Positions 1 to 9,857 of a stretch of DNA of 64,000 nucleotides are shown one piece after another. Position 1 is the first letter of the stretch. Each line of letters starts with the position of its first letter. This stretch comes from Bradymonadia bacterium (GTDB lineage: Bacteria > Myxococcota_A > Bradymonadia > UBA7976 > UBA1532). The position numbers were made by a program, and so were the translations under genes. The notes beneath the pieces were generated by a model. The model ran no database searches. It saw nothing but the letters and a program-made list of their open reading frames with translations, and had not been told where the DNA came from. The stretch covers positions 54,272 through 118,271 of the forward strand of contig JBKAGE010000040.1 of NCBI GenBank assembly GCA_046290225.1, given 5' to 3'.

Positions 1-1391
1 AAGAGCCCCGTGACGTTCCACCACATCCAGTAGAGATCGTCTTCGAAGGCCAGCCATAAGAACACGTTGAAGCCCACCCCGGCCACCACCCCGCCGAGTA
101 CGCCGAAGGCGTTGGCCCGGCGGCTGAACAGCCCGACGAGGAACGCCGCGAGGATGGGCCCGTAGAAGGCCGAGCCCACTTTGTTGATCACCTCGACGAT
201 CGTGTCCTGACCACCGAAGAGGAAGGCGCTGGCAGTGATGATCGCCCCCCAGACGATGGTGGTCATGCGGCCCACCGACAGGCGCTGCTCCGGCTTCAGG
301 GGGTGCAGCTTCTCGATGAAGTCCTGCATGGTGGCCGCGGAGAGCGAGTTCAGGGCCGAGTCGAGGCTGGACATGGCCGCGGCGAGCATGGCGGCGAGCA
401 GCACCGCCCGCAGGCCCTCGGGCAGCCGGTTGAGGATGAACCACGTCACGAGGTTGTCGGGATCACCCCCCACCGCCGCCTGCATGTCGGGGGCGTTGAT
501 GTATGCCGCCCCGAGGGCCACGCCGAGGGCGAGGTAGAGCAGCGTGAGAGGGAACCGGGCGATGCCGTTGAACACCAGGGCCCGGCGGGTGTCGGCCATA
601 GTGGGGGCCGAGAGCTCGCGCTGGGCCTGGCTCTGATCGACGCCGTAGTACGAGATGTAGAGACACAAACCGCCGATGAGGAAGCCCCAGAACGGCGCCT
701 GGCTGCCGTCGAAGATGCCCGTACCCGGATCGTATCCACGCCAGCGCTCTGCAGGCAGGGCCTCCATCACCGCGCCGACGCCGCCCACCTCGTCGACGGC
801 GAGCCAGATGCACGCCACCAGCCCGCCGAGGAGCACCGCCATCTGAATCACGTCGGAGTACACCACGGCGGTCATGCCCCCGATGGTGTCGTACACCACC
901 GTCACCACCCCGATGATCACAATGGTCTGCCACAGCTCGATGCCCAGACACACCTGCAGCACCTTGGCGCTGGCGTAGATACCCACGCCGGTGCCCAGGC
1001 CTCTGCTGAGCAGGAAGACTGCACTCAGAAAATATCTGACGCTGGGGCCGAAACGCATCTCGAGATACGCATAGACACTCACCAGTTCGAGCTTTCGGAA
1101 GAACGGTAACAGGCACACCATCACCACGATCATGGCCAGGGGCACCGCCAGCTCATATTGCAGCCAGGTGAGCCCACCGCCCTCCTTGAGGGCCACGAAG
1201 GCAGGAATGCTGATGAAACTGATCACCGAGGTCTGTGTGGCCATGGTGGAGATGCCCACCGCCCACCAGGGCAGATTTCGACCACCGACGTAGTAGTCCT
1301 CGTCGTTTTCCTGCCCTCGCCCCAGATACACGCTCAGGGCCACCATCCCCACCATGTAGGCGACGATGATGCCCCAGTCTAATGTGCTCAT
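1..1391 (-). CDS. Sodium:solute symporter (SSS family); 3' end runs off the window
   Basis: Hand translation from ATG at 1391: MSTLDWGIIVAYMVGMVALSVYLGRGQENDEDYYVGGRNLPWWAVGISTMATQTS...YAYLEMRFG...GGMTAVVYSDVIQ. Typical SSS motifs and multiple TM helices. Absent from the ORF track because it has no stop in the window. Confidence 0.9.
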   Translation of the reverse strand, partial: MSTLDWGIIVAYMVGMVALSVYLGRGQENDEDYYVGGRNLPWWAVGISTMATQTSVISFISIPAFVALKEGGGLTWLQYELAVPLAMIVVMVCLLPFFRKLELVSVYAYLEMRFGPSVRYFLSAVFLLSRGLGTGVGIYASAKVLQVCLGIELWQTIVIIGVVTVVYDTIGGMTAVVYSDVIQMAVLLGGLVACIWLAVDEVGGVGAVMEALPAERWRGYDPGTGIFDGSQAPFWGFLIGGLCLYISYYGVDQSQAQRELSAPTMADTRRALVFNGIARFPLTLLYLALGVALGAAYINAPDMQAAVGGDPDNLVTWFILNRLPEGLRAVLLAAMLAAAMSSLDSALNSLSAATMQDFIEKLHPLKPEQRLSVGRMTTIVWGAIITASAFLFGGQDTIVEVINKVGSAFYGPILAAFLVGLFSRRANAFGVLGGVVAGVGFNVFLWLAFEDDLYWMWWNVTGL

Positions 1392-1434
1392 ATTTCACTC
1401 CGTTACGCGGTTCCCTACCCTGCCTCAAAGCGGG

Positions 1435-1456
1435 TGACTTTTTAAGTCAATATTGA
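1435..1456. promoter_or_regulatory. Possible operator: TGACTT-N3-AAGTCA overlapping the palindrome TCAATATTGA
   Basis: AT-rich dyad symmetry in the divergent intergenic region between the symporter and the protease. Confidence 0.3.
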
Positions 1457-1556
1457 GCGACAGATGACACCGGCACACATCAACCTCACAGGAGGCAATG
1501 CCGAGACATTTTCCATCTGCCCGAGGGAGACGGGCCTGATGGACCATGGAGTGTGA

Positions 1557-2678
1557 ATGTTCCGCACGCTGTCGATTTGTTTGACGACCCTGATCGCCAC
1601 CACTGCTTGTGCCCCTGAGGACTCCACGACAACAGAGACACCGACATCGAACGCCACGGGATCCTCCTTCGAGATCAGCCGGGAAGCGCTGATCAACGGG
1701 TTGGACACCTTCGATCGGCCTGAAGCGGGCTTCATCGATCTCAGCGGTGGGCTGTGCACTGCCACCTTGATTCGCCCCAACGTGGTGCTCACCGCCGCCC
1801 ACTGCATCGACTATCAATCGGGCGAAGCGCGGCCAGGGCGCACCCTCGGCGCCTTCATCATCGAACGGGGCCCCAGCGAGGGCTACGGCTTCCCCATCGA
1901 CGCCTTCGCGAGCTTTGGCGGGGATCTCGGCCGTCGTGACGTGGCGCTGCTTCGCCTCGCTCAGCCTGTGCCGCCACAAATCGCCACGCCCACCGCCATT
2001 GCCACCCGGGGTGCCCGAGGCGGCGAGTCCGTCGAGTGGTATGGCTATGGGTGTGGCAATCGCCGCTTCGGCGGTGACGCCCGCACCGGCACCAAGCAGA
2101 AGTTGAGCTTCGCGTTCCAGCAAAGCGCCAACAGCTGCCCGGGTGACTCTGGTGGCCCCACCTTTTTTGGTGAGAATGGCCCTGTGTTTCGCGTGACCAG
2201 TGGTTACTTCGGTGGCTCGGGCATCGACATCTTCGGTGATCCCACCCTCATCAAAGATCAGCTCGACGCCCTCGCCGATGATTGGGCCGCTCGGGCCGAA
2301 CCGCCAGCCCCAGGCGCCGACGAGCCCGTGGAGTCGCCTGAAGGTCCCGAGCAAGCTCAGATCCTCCAAGCTGTCACCGACAATCAACTGGTGTACGTCG
2401 AGTGGGCCGACACCGACGACGCCGATTACGCCCAGGTCTTGATCGTGCTCGACGAGGCGGGCGGGGTGGGCACCTTCATCTACGAGATCAACGGCGGAGA
2501 GCGCACCGACGAGGGCAACCTCTTCGGGTTCTTCCGCGTGAGCGCGCTCTGCACCGCCATCGACGAGGCCGACCTCGGTGATGGCCCTCATCGCGTGGTG
2601 GCCCAGGTCTGGCCCGGCGTCGACCAGGAGCGCGCCGACGGCCAGCTGCTCAACCAGACCATCGACTGCGCACCCTGA
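1557..2678 (+). CDS. Trypsin-like (S1) serine protease, probable lipoprotein
   Basis: LTAAHC, DVALL and GDSGGP catalytic-triad motifs; signal peptide ending TTAC. Confidence 0.9.
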   Translation: MFRTLSICLTTLIATTACAPEDSTTTETPTSNATGSSFEISREALINGLDTFDRPEAGFIDLSGGLCTATLIRPNVVLTAAHCIDYQSGEARPGRTLGAFIIERGPSEGYGFPIDAFASFGGDLGRRDVALLRLAQPVPPQIATPTAIATRGARGGESVEWYGYGCGNRRFGGDARTGTKQKLSFAFQQSANSCPGDSGGPTFFGENGPVFRVTSGYFGGSGIDIFGDPTLIKDQLDALADDWAARAEPPAPGADEPVESPEGPEQAQILQAVTDNQLVYVEWADTDDADYAQVLIVLDEAGGVGTFIYEINGGERTDEGNLFGFFRVSALCTAIDEADLGDGPHRVVAQVWPGVDQERADGQLLNQTIDCAP

Positions 2679-2687
2679 GCGCTCGGA

Positions 2688-4271
2688 TCACACTGGCGGC
2701 AGGGTGATCGACCAAATCGATGCACCCTCTCGATCTCGCAGTGTCACCGTCATGACCTTGCTCTGGGGTTCGATCTCCACCTCACCGAAGAATTGCAGCC
2801 CTGCCGACGGCGACAGGTTCTTGATGGCCCCTGCCGCTTTCTGAAACCTCACCTCAGGGCCAAAGGTCGGATCGAGATCGTTGGGGCCGAAGGTGCCCGC
2901 ATGGAGCGGCCCGGCGACGAACTCCCAGAAGGGTTCGAAGTCCACCCCCTGCCCGCGACTCGGATCATAATGATGGGCTGCGGCGTAGTGCACGTCGGCG
3001 GTGAGCCACACCACGTTCTTCACCCCAGCGGCCTTCATCTCCGTGAGCAGCGCGGCGAGCTCCAGCTCCCGCCCCTTCGGGGTACCCGGCTCCGCGTTGG
3101 CCACCCCTTCGAATGCCGTGTCGCCATGCCTGATCACCACACCCACGGGGTTGCCCACGGAGATGATCTTCCACGTGGCCCGCGAGGCCTTCAGCTGCTG
3201 CACGAGCCAGCGGCGCTGCTCGGCCCCCAGCCACTGGGTGTAGTCGCCTTGGACGGTTTGGGTGTTGTGGGTACTGCGCCCTCGGTGGCTGCGGTTGTCG
3301 AGCACGAAGACCTCAGCGAGAGGCCCAAGGGGCACCACACGGTAAATGCGCTCAGGATCCACAGCAGACCAGCGCAGAGGTGTGTACTCCACGAGGGCCC
3401 GCCGCGCCCGCGCACGGAGCAACTGCATACTGCGCACGGTGGGGTAGTGCGCTGTGCTGCGCCAGATCTCTCCACATGGGTGCCAGTCGTTGGTGATCTC
3501 GTGATCGTCCCAGGTGATGATCTGCGGCACCTGTGCGTTGAAGCGCCTCAGGTGATCGTCCATGAAGTTGTATCGATAGCGGCCCCGAAACTCGTCGAGG
3601 GTCTCCGCAGCCTTCGAGGTGGCTTCGGTGACGATGTTGCGCCACACCCCACCTTCGGGCAGCTGAACCCGCTCGGGGATCGGCACGTCGGCATACATCA
3701 TGTCGCCACAGTGCACGAAGACGTCGGGATCACGCTCAGCCATGGCATCGAAGATGCGATAGCCACCCGCCTCGGGGCTGATGCCGTATCCCTGCCCTGC
3801 GATGTCGCCACCCCACACAAGGCGCAGAGGCTTCGACGGTAACCCCCCAAGCCGCTCTGGCGTACGAAACCGCCCCTTCATCGGGGCGCTCACGGTCTTC
3901 AAATCAGCGAGATCTTCACACCAGAGTTCATAAAAGACCTGCTGGCCCGGCCGCAGCTGCTTCAAATCGAGGCGCCCGGTGAAGTCGCTCGCCGAGAGCA
4001 CCTCGGGCCCCGCCACCGTCACCGCGTCGGCCATGGATTCGGTGTAGGCATACCGCAGCCTCAGTCGCGCCGGACGATCGGCCCGAGCCCACAACACAGC
4101 TCGATCGGGCCCCACATCCCCCGATTGCACACCATCAGGCAACATCGGCCTGCCGGTGATCACCCCAGGGGCTTGCCGGCGCATCAGTACCCCAGCGAGG
4201 GCGGTCCCGCCGGCCACGCCAGCGGCCAGTGACACACCATGTCGCAGAAACGTTCGCCGATCTGAACTCAT
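2688..4271 (-). CDS. phoD: Alkaline phosphatase D family protein with Tat signal
   Basis: DRRTFL twin-arginine signal; GVQSGD, HCGDMMYAD, WDDHE, LDNRSHR and LTADVH motifs. Confidence 0.92.
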   Translation of the reverse strand: MSSDRRTFLRHGVSLAAGVAGGTALAGVLMRRQAPGVITGRPMLPDGVQSGDVGPDRAVLWARADRPARLRLRYAYTESMADAVTVAGPEVLSASDFTGRLDLKQLRPGQQVFYELWCEDLADLKTVSAPMKGRFRTPERLGGLPSKPLRLVWGGDIAGQGYGISPEAGGYRIFDAMAERDPDVFVHCGDMMYADVPIPERVQLPEGGVWRNIVTEATSKAAETLDEFRGRYRYNFMDDHLRRFNAQVPQIITWDDHEITNDWHPCGEIWRSTAHYPTVRSMQLLRARARRALVEYTPLRWSAVDPERIYRVVPLGPLAEVFVLDNRSHRGRSTHNTQTVQGDYTQWLGAEQRRWLVQQLKASRATWKIISVGNPVGVVIRHGDTAFEGVANAEPGTPKGRELELAALLTEMKAAGVKNVVWLTADVHYAAAHHYDPSRGQGVDFEPFWEFVAGPLHAGTFGPNDLDPTFGPEVRFQKAAGAIKNLSPSAGLQFFGEVEIEPQSKVMTVTLRDREGASIWSITLPPV

Positions 4272-4277
4272 GCATAC

Positions 4278-5480
4278 CTACTGAGCGAAAAAGGCTTTGA
4301 TCTCGTCGCGGTGGCGTCGAGCAGTCTCCTGGCCGAGGGCCACCAGACGGCGGGTATAGCCTCGATCGAAGAGCAGATACGAGGCCAGCCCACCGAGGGC
4401 ATGAAAGTCACCGCGGGCCATGAGCTTCAACGCCCGATGCCATCGCCAGCCCAGGGCGACTTTGCTCTCGGCGCTCTGCAAAAATCGAGTCGCCTCTTCA
4501 GCAGGCCCTCGATCTTCAGGGGGCTGCAACACCAGCACCTTCGCGGGGCGATACCGCTCTCCCCTGCGGCGGAGCGCCACAATGTCGTGAAAGCGTTGTG
4601 CCATCTCAGGGCTCAGGGCCCCCTCCACGTCGGCGAGTAGCTGATTGAGGCGAGCCACCATGTGCAGATCCCCCTGCATCCCGTCGACGAGCAGCGCATC
4701 GAGTAAGCGCCCGGCGAGATAGAGCGGGTTGGCATAGGCCGCTTCGTTTTTCTGCACCGCGTCGCGGCGGCTCTCTCGGTGCAACGAGACCACCACCAAC
4801 CGATCCACCCCCGCACGCAACGCGGGGGCGATGGGTGTGTTCAGCCGCACCCCACCGTCGACATAGTGCGCACCGCTGACCAGATGTGGCGGAAACACCA
4901 GAGGCATCGCCGAAGACGCACGCACATGATCAGGGCCGATCACGCAGTCTTTGATGGAGAGCCGATCGTTGTGATTGTTCAGCGGTTTCTGCCCTGCACC
5001 GCGCTGTACGAAGACATGGGTACGCCCTGTGCCCACGTGCAGGGCAGGCACGATGAGGGCCTGGAGCAACCCCGAGTCACAGTGCCTCTGCACACCGGCC
5101 CAGGGCACCTCTCCCTCGATGATGCGCGCCACAGGCCCGGGGTCGAGCATCGAGGGCATCCGCCCCCGACCAGCTCGCAACCCACCTGACAACCCCAACA
5201 AGGTCGCGATGCCCCGAAAATCAGGCCGCACCATCTGTCGCATCGAGGGCGTGGTGCACCACATCTGCGCCAGCGCATCCGCCCCCATGTCACCGCGGTC
5301 GAGCTGTCCTGCCAGAAACGCCGCATTGAGCGCACCCACCGAGGTGCCCGAGAACACACAGAATGGCGCCGAGTCTCCAGCCCGCAGCCCCAGCGCCTCC
5401 ACCAGCCCCTGAAGCACCCCTGCTTCATAGGCCCCACGAGCCCCACCACCAGAAAGAACGAGCGCAGTCCGTAGAGTCAT
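4278..5480 (-). CDS. Patatin-like phospholipase
   Basis: LSGGGARGAY, GTSVG nucleophile elbow and DGG motifs. Confidence 0.9.
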   Translation of the reverse strand: MTLRTALVLSGGGARGAYEAGVLQGLVEALGLRAGDSAPFCVFSGTSVGALNAAFLAGQLDRGDMGADALAQMWCTTPSMRQMVRPDFRGIATLLGLSGGLRAGRGRMPSMLDPGPVARIIEGEVPWAGVQRHCDSGLLQALIVPALHVGTGRTHVFVQRGAGQKPLNNHNDRLSIKDCVIGPDHVRASSAMPLVFPPHLVSGAHYVDGGVRLNTPIAPALRAGVDRLVVVSLHRESRRDAVQKNEAAYANPLYLAGRLLDALLVDGMQGDLHMVARLNQLLADVEGALSPEMAQRFHDIVALRRRGERYRPAKVLVLQPPEDRGPAEEATRFLQSAESKVALGWRWHRALKLMARGDFHALGGLASYLLFDRGYTRRLVALGQETARRHRDEIKAFFAQ

Positions 5481-5525
5481 GATCCGACTCTACTCCAAGT
5501 CATTGAATCTTGTGCTCCACATCCC

Positions 5526-5622
5526 TCAAACCTGGAACCCACCTCAAACCAAACCCACATCAGGCCTCGCCCACTCAAACCGAACTCACATCAAACCGAA
5601 CCCGCATCAGGCCGAGCCCGCG
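5526..5622. repeat. Six degenerate ~16-bp tandem units (TCAAACCGAACCCACA-like)
   Basis: Units start at 5526, 5544, 5560, 5575, 5591 and 5607, in an A-A-B-A-A-B pattern (TCAAACC versus TCAGGCC). Confidence 0.75.
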
Positions 5623-5624
5623 GA

Positions 5625-5782
5625 GGGGCGTCAGCCACGGGAGTGGTCGACTGAGTCGTGAGGTGTGGTGTGTGAGTGGCGGCTCACACCGGAGGCGTAG
5701 CCAAAGGCTACGTCGAGGATTGAGACGCCGCTCAGACGCCGCAGATCGCGGCTCAGGCGGCCGCTCACGGGGCTGACGCCCC
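5625..5782 (+). repeat. ~158-nt imperfect hairpin (REP/MITE-like or structured RNA)
   Basis: Perfect 12-bp terminal IR GGGGCGTCAGCC/GGCTGACGCCCC; colinear 62-nt arms; apical hairpin GGCGTAGCC-AAA-GGCTACGTC. Confidence 0.8.
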
Positions 5783-5787
5783 GGAGC

Positions 5788-6813
5788 TCAGAGGACGTTG
5801 AAGGTCGCGGAGAGGAGCAGGCCGTTGGTGACCTGCCAGTCGCGGACGATGAGGGGAATGCGGCGGGCCTGGAGCACGTAATCGAGGGAGGCCCACTTCG
5901 AGAGCTTCACCGCCAGCTTGGCGTTGAGCTCGGTGTTGAGCAGCTCGGCGCCTTCCAGATCAGTGTCCACGCTGGTGATGATGGGGTAGAGCAGGTTTGC
6001 AGAGAGGGTGTAGCTCACCTGCTCCGTGAGGGCGCCCGTGGCCTCTGCCTCGATCTCGGCACCGACCTGATTCGTCGACTCGATCTCAGTCACGGTGATT
6101 TGCTTGTCGTTGCCGTCGGCAGCATCAGTCTCGTCGGTGATTGCGAAGCCGCCCTGCGACACGATTTGCTGAGCACCAGCACCGAGCGTGGCCGTGAAGC
6201 GGATCGACTTCTCGTCAACCGGGCGGCCGAAGAGACCTGCGGACTCCCTGAGCAGCATCGGCTCGAAGGCGCTGGTGAGCTTGATGCGGCGGCCAGGACC
6301 CAGATCAGCCTGGTTGACGTCGCCGACGACATCCACCTGCTCACCGCGGATCAGGTACCCGTTGAGAGCCTGCGTCTGCAGGCGACCACGAGCGAAGGGG
6401 CCGAGCCAGTCGATGCTTTCCAAGCGGTAGAGGTACATCGAGGTGATCTCGAGGTTGTCTGCCGTCTTCACAAAGGGGTCGATGCTCGGCGTCTTCGTCT
6501 GCTGGTGGTTCAAGGCCAGCTTGTTGTTCCACTCGTGCTGGCCCGACTTGAGGGAGGCCTCACCATTGATCAACAGCCCGACCTGGTAGGTGGTGCCGTC
6601 CACAGCACCGACCACGTTGCTGCTCGAGTTCACCGAGATGTTGCTGCCCACCTCGAGGCGGAACTTCCAGCCTTCGGCGTTGGCGGCCTCGTCGGTGGCG
6701 GCGGTCATCTTGTCCACCACCTCCTGGCCCTTGATGTAGTCCTCGGTCTGTGCCAGCGCATGCCCGCCGGAGAGCACCCCGAAGGCTGTGATGATTGCTG
6801 CAACGCGCTTCAT
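5788..6813 (-). CDS. Putative outer-membrane beta-barrel protein (DUF3078/DUF481-like)
   Basis: Likely start MKRVAAII with a signal peptide (GHALA); amphipathic beta-strands; C-terminal ATFNVL; lies downstream of mscS. Confidence 0.6.
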   Translation of the reverse strand: MKRVAAIITAFGVLSGGHALAQTEDYIKGQEVVDKMTAATDEAANAEGWKFRLEVGSNISVNSSSNVVGAVDGTTYQVGLLINGEASLKSGQHEWNNKLALNHQQTKTPSIDPFVKTADNLEITSMYLYRLESIDWLGPFARGRLQTQALNGYLIRGEQVDVVGDVNQADLGPGRRIKLTSAFEPMLLRESAGLFGRPVDEKSIRFTATLGAGAQQIVSQGGFAITDETDAADGNDKQITVTEIESTNQVGAEIEAEATGALTEQVSYTLSANLLYPIITSVDTDLEGAELLNTELNAKLAVKLSKWASLDYVLQARRIPLIVRDWQVTNGLLLSATFNVL

Positions 6814-6874
6814 AATCCACTCCTCAAATGCGCCCGATGTGTCACGTGACGCCATCTTCCACTCAAATGTGTGT

Positions 6875-7678
6875 TCAGCCCAATTTGCCGTCGACGTGTA
6901 CATCCATCTGGGGGTACGGGATCCCGATGCCTGCCTCGTCCAGGGCGGTCTTGATCGACTCGTTCAAGCGCTCGGTCATGGGGAAAAACTCGCCAGAAGG
7001 CACCCAGACACGCACCGTCCAGTTCACCGCCGAGTCGCCGAGGCTGGCGAGCACCACCGCCGGGGCAGGCTCGGAGAGGATGTCACCTCCGAGGCCGTCA
7101 ACCACCGACTGCAGCACCTCTCGGGTACGGCCCGTGGGGGCGTCATAATCGACGCCGACGTCCACCGCCACGCGGCGGGTGTCGTGGTAGCTCACGTTCT
7201 CGATGTTGCCGCCAAAGATGTTCTTGTTCGGCACGATGAAGCGGCGGTTGTCGGGGGTGTCGATCTCCGTGACCATCAACCCCAGAGTCGTCACCTTCCC
7301 GGTGACCCCACCGGCGGTGACCACGTCACCCACCTTGAAGGGGCGGAACACCAGCAGCATGACCCCGGAGGCCAGGTTCGACAGGGTGCCCTGGAAGGCC
7401 AGGCCGACGGCCAGACCAGCAGCACCGATGACCGCAGCGAAGCTGGTGGTCTCGATCCCGAACAGGCCCAGGATCGCCAGAATGACCATGGTGAGCACAC
7501 CGAGGCGTGTCAGGCTGCCGGTGAACCGGGCCAGGGTCTCATCGTTGGTGCCTTTGCGAATGGCCTGTGCAGCCACAGCGCCGAGTTTCTTGCTGATCGA
7601 TGAGCCGATCATGAAAACCAGGATGGCCCCGATGACCATACCGCCGTACTTCACGATCATGTCGATGTACTGATCCAC
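6875..7678 (-). CDS. mscS: Small-conductance mechanosensitive channel
   Basis: GAAGLAVGLAFQGTLSNLASG, RPFKVGD and IPYPQMDVH motifs. Confidence 0.93.
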   Translation of the reverse strand: MDQYIDMIVKYGGMVIGAILVFMIGSSISKKLGAVAAQAIRKGTNDETLARFTGSLTRLGVLTMVILAILGLFGIETTSFAAVIGAAGLAVGLAFQGTLSNLASGVMLLVFRPFKVGDVVTAGGVTGKVTTLGLMVTEIDTPDNRRFIVPNKNIFGGNIENVSYHDTRRVAVDVGVDYDAPTGRTREVLQSVVDGLGGDILSEPAPAVVLASLGDSAVNWTVRVWVPSGEFFPMTERLNESIKTALDEAGIGIPYPQMDVHVDGKLG

Positions 7679-7819
7679 GTTTGATCTCCTACCTCAGTGT
7701 TCGACTGCCCAGTGTGACAGCCGCGGCCATACTATTTGCCCCTAACACCATTATCAACACAATTACCTACAAAAACCTACACAACCTCTGTATGTTGCTT
7801 TCGTCGGTTGCCCTTCACT

Positions 7820-7845
7820 GACCAGCGCCCATGGCAAAAGTCACA
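7820..7845 (-). promoter_or_regulatory. Putative ECF-sigma promoter TGTGACTTT-N13-GGTC upstream of mscS
   Basis: Same motif and spacing as 9758-9783. Confidence 0.6.
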
Positions 7846-7968
7846 CGGCGCTTCGAAAAACATCGAGTGAAGGGCGCGGTTGAACAGCACTCGTCGCCGG
7901 GTTATGCCGGGGGTGAGCAGCGGAGTGTGGATGCATAGACTCGACCGGGCAGGGGTCAGGGCATTGTC

Positions 7969-8571
7969 ATGAAGCCCATGAATACCCTCTCAGATGCAGA
8001 GCTCCTCGCCCTCTTGCAGGGTGACGGGCCGGCTCCACCCGGGGCCTTCGAGTTGTTGGTCAGCCGTCACCAGAACCACGTGCGGACCAACTGCAGACAC
8101 CTCACCAGGGCCCCCCAAGATGCGGACGACCTCGCTCAGGAGGTCTTCGTCAAGGCGTGGTTCGCCCTCGGGCGGTTCGAAGGGCGCTCGTCGTTCAAGA
8201 CCTGGATCAAGCGCATCAAGGTGAACCACTGCCTGAACTACATCGAGAAGCGGGGTGGGCGCCGTTTCGTCGACATCGACGACACCGCAAAGGCCGAGCC
8301 GCCGGAGATGCAGGTGGCCCCCGACGGTGAGCAGTCAGTGCACCGTGCGGAGATCAGACAGGCCATCAGCGACATCCTCGACGAGCTGCCCGACACCCTG
8401 CGGCTGCCTCTGGTCATGCGCGAGATCGACCAGATGTCGTACCAGGAGATCGCCGACACCCTCGGAGTGAAGCTGTCGGCGGTGAAGATGCGCATCAAGC
8501 GGGGCCGCGAAATGTTCCGGGGGCTCTACGACGCACGGATCAACGCCGGGAGGGTGCATGAGCACGCTTGA
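7969..8571 (+). CDS. ECF RNA polymerase sigma factor
   Basis: DADDLAQEVFVKAW, FEGRSSFKTW (region 2) and SYQEIADTLG (region 4 HTH). Confidence 0.92.
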   Translation: MKPMNTLSDAELLALLQGDGPAPPGAFELLVSRHQNHVRTNCRHLTRAPQDADDLAQEVFVKAWFALGRFEGRSSFKTWIKRIKVNHCLNYIEKRGGRRFVDIDDTAKAEPPEMQVAPDGEQSVHRAEIRQAISDILDELPDTLRLPLVMREIDQMSYQEIADTLGVKLSAVKMRIKRGREMFRGLYDARINAGRVHEHA

Positions 8572-8851
8572 CGACGAAGATCCGGAGCTGGGCGCGCCTC
8601 TCGATCTCCTGCGCGAATTCGGTGTCGAAGAAGACGACGCGTTTCATGGCCGGGTGCACCGGCGCATCGAACGACGACAAGTGACCTCAGACCTGGCCGA
8701 TTTGCTCTGGTCAGGACCCCAGACGCTCCTCGGCGAGCTCTTCAGGGCGCTGTTTTCTGGCCCTGACTCGAAGACAGGAGCGTCAGATACAGCAACGCCA
8801 GATACAGCGACATCAGACTCAGATGATCCTCCAGAGAGGAGTGAGCAGTGA
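8558..8851 (+). CDS. Small hypothetical protein, possible anti-sigma factor
   Basis: Overlaps both the sigma stop and the next start, consistent with translational coupling. Confidence 0.6.
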   Translation: MSTLDDEDPELGAPLDLLREFGVEEDDAFHGRVHRRIERRQVTSDLADLLWSGPQTLLGELFRALFSGPDSKTGASDTATPDTATSDSDDPPERSEQ

Positions 8852-9708
8852 AGGACGACGTAGGCTCATTGACTGATCGGCTTCAGGCCACGGTGATGGG
8901 TTGGGTAGAGTCAGTGGTGGCCGCTGCCCCCAAGGTGCTCCTCGGCATCTTGCTGGTGGTGGTGGCCCTGATGGTGTCGAAGCTGGCCCGCAAGTTCCTC
9001 GGTGGGCTGCTCAAACGCATCAAAATCGACGAGGCCCTGGTGAAAGCCGGCCTCGACGCACCGCTCAAGCGCCTTGGGCTGGCCCAGCCCAGCGAGTGGA
9101 TGCCCAGAGTGGCCCATGCGCTGTTGCTGTTCCTCTTTGCGGGGGCGGCTGCAGACGCCCTGGGCCTCGACGCCGTGGCGGCAGCCATGGGCCGCGTGCT
9201 CGATTACCTGCCCAACGTGCTCGCCGCCCTGGTGCTCGTGGTGGCGGGCTCCTGGGCCGGGCAGACTGCCAGCGCAGTGATCCGCCGGGCCACCGAGGCC
9301 TCGTCCATCGACTTCGGCCCCGCCCTGGCCCGCTTCGTCTCGGGCATGGTGGTCTTCGTCTTCGCCCTCACCGCCGTGGGGCAGCTGAAGATCGACACGG
9401 AGATCGTGCGCATCTTCACCGCCTGTGCCCTCGGCGCCATGGGCATCGCCTTCGGGTTGTCCATGGGCCTGGGCTCGAAGGACATCACCCGGAACATCCT
9501 CGCAGGCTTCTATGCCCGCAAGCTCTTCAAGGGGGGCGAGACGCTCACCCTCGGGCAACACACGGGCCAGCTCGACCGCATCGAAGCCACCCAGACACTC
9601 CTCCGCACCGACGATGGGCTGCTCACGCTGCCCAACACGGTATTTCTCGACCTGACAGTGAAGGCAGGCGCAACCGGCAAGAATGCCACTGGTCAAGACA
9701 CACTTTGA
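8848..9708 (+). CDS. MscS-family membrane protein (CmpX/TM_helix type)
   Basis: YLPNVLAAL TM_helix repeat; AFGLSMGLGSKDITRNILAG; LTLPN. Confidence 0.8.
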   Translation: MKDDVGSLTDRLQATVMGWVESVVAAAPKVLLGILLVVVALMVSKLARKFLGGLLKRIKIDEALVKAGLDAPLKRLGLAQPSEWMPRVAHALLLFLFAGAAADALGLDAVAAAMGRVLDYLPNVLAALVLVVAGSWAGQTASAVIRRATEASSIDFGPALARFVSGMVVFVFALTAVGQLKIDTEIVRIFTACALGAMGIAFGLSMGLGSKDITRNILAGFYARKLFKGGETLTLGQHTGQLDRIEATQTLLRTDDGLLTLPNTVFLDLTVKAGATGKNATGQDTL

Positions 9709-9757
9709 GTCCATTCGAAACGCGTGGAAGCTCAAATGCTTCTATGTCGAAGTTTTT

Positions 9758-9783
9758 TGTGACTTTCGTATGAGAAGGCGGTC
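9758..9783 (+). promoter_or_regulatory. Putative ECF-sigma promoter TGTGACTTT-N13-GGTC upstream of the OmpA-mscS pair
   Basis: Same motif and spacing as 7820-7845 on the minus strand. Confidence 0.6.
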
Positions 9784-9857
9784 CAGACACCCGTGAAGCG
9801 AGTGAGATGTCGCTGTGAATCTTCACGTGCTCCAAGGACCCAACAAGAGGGGAAACC

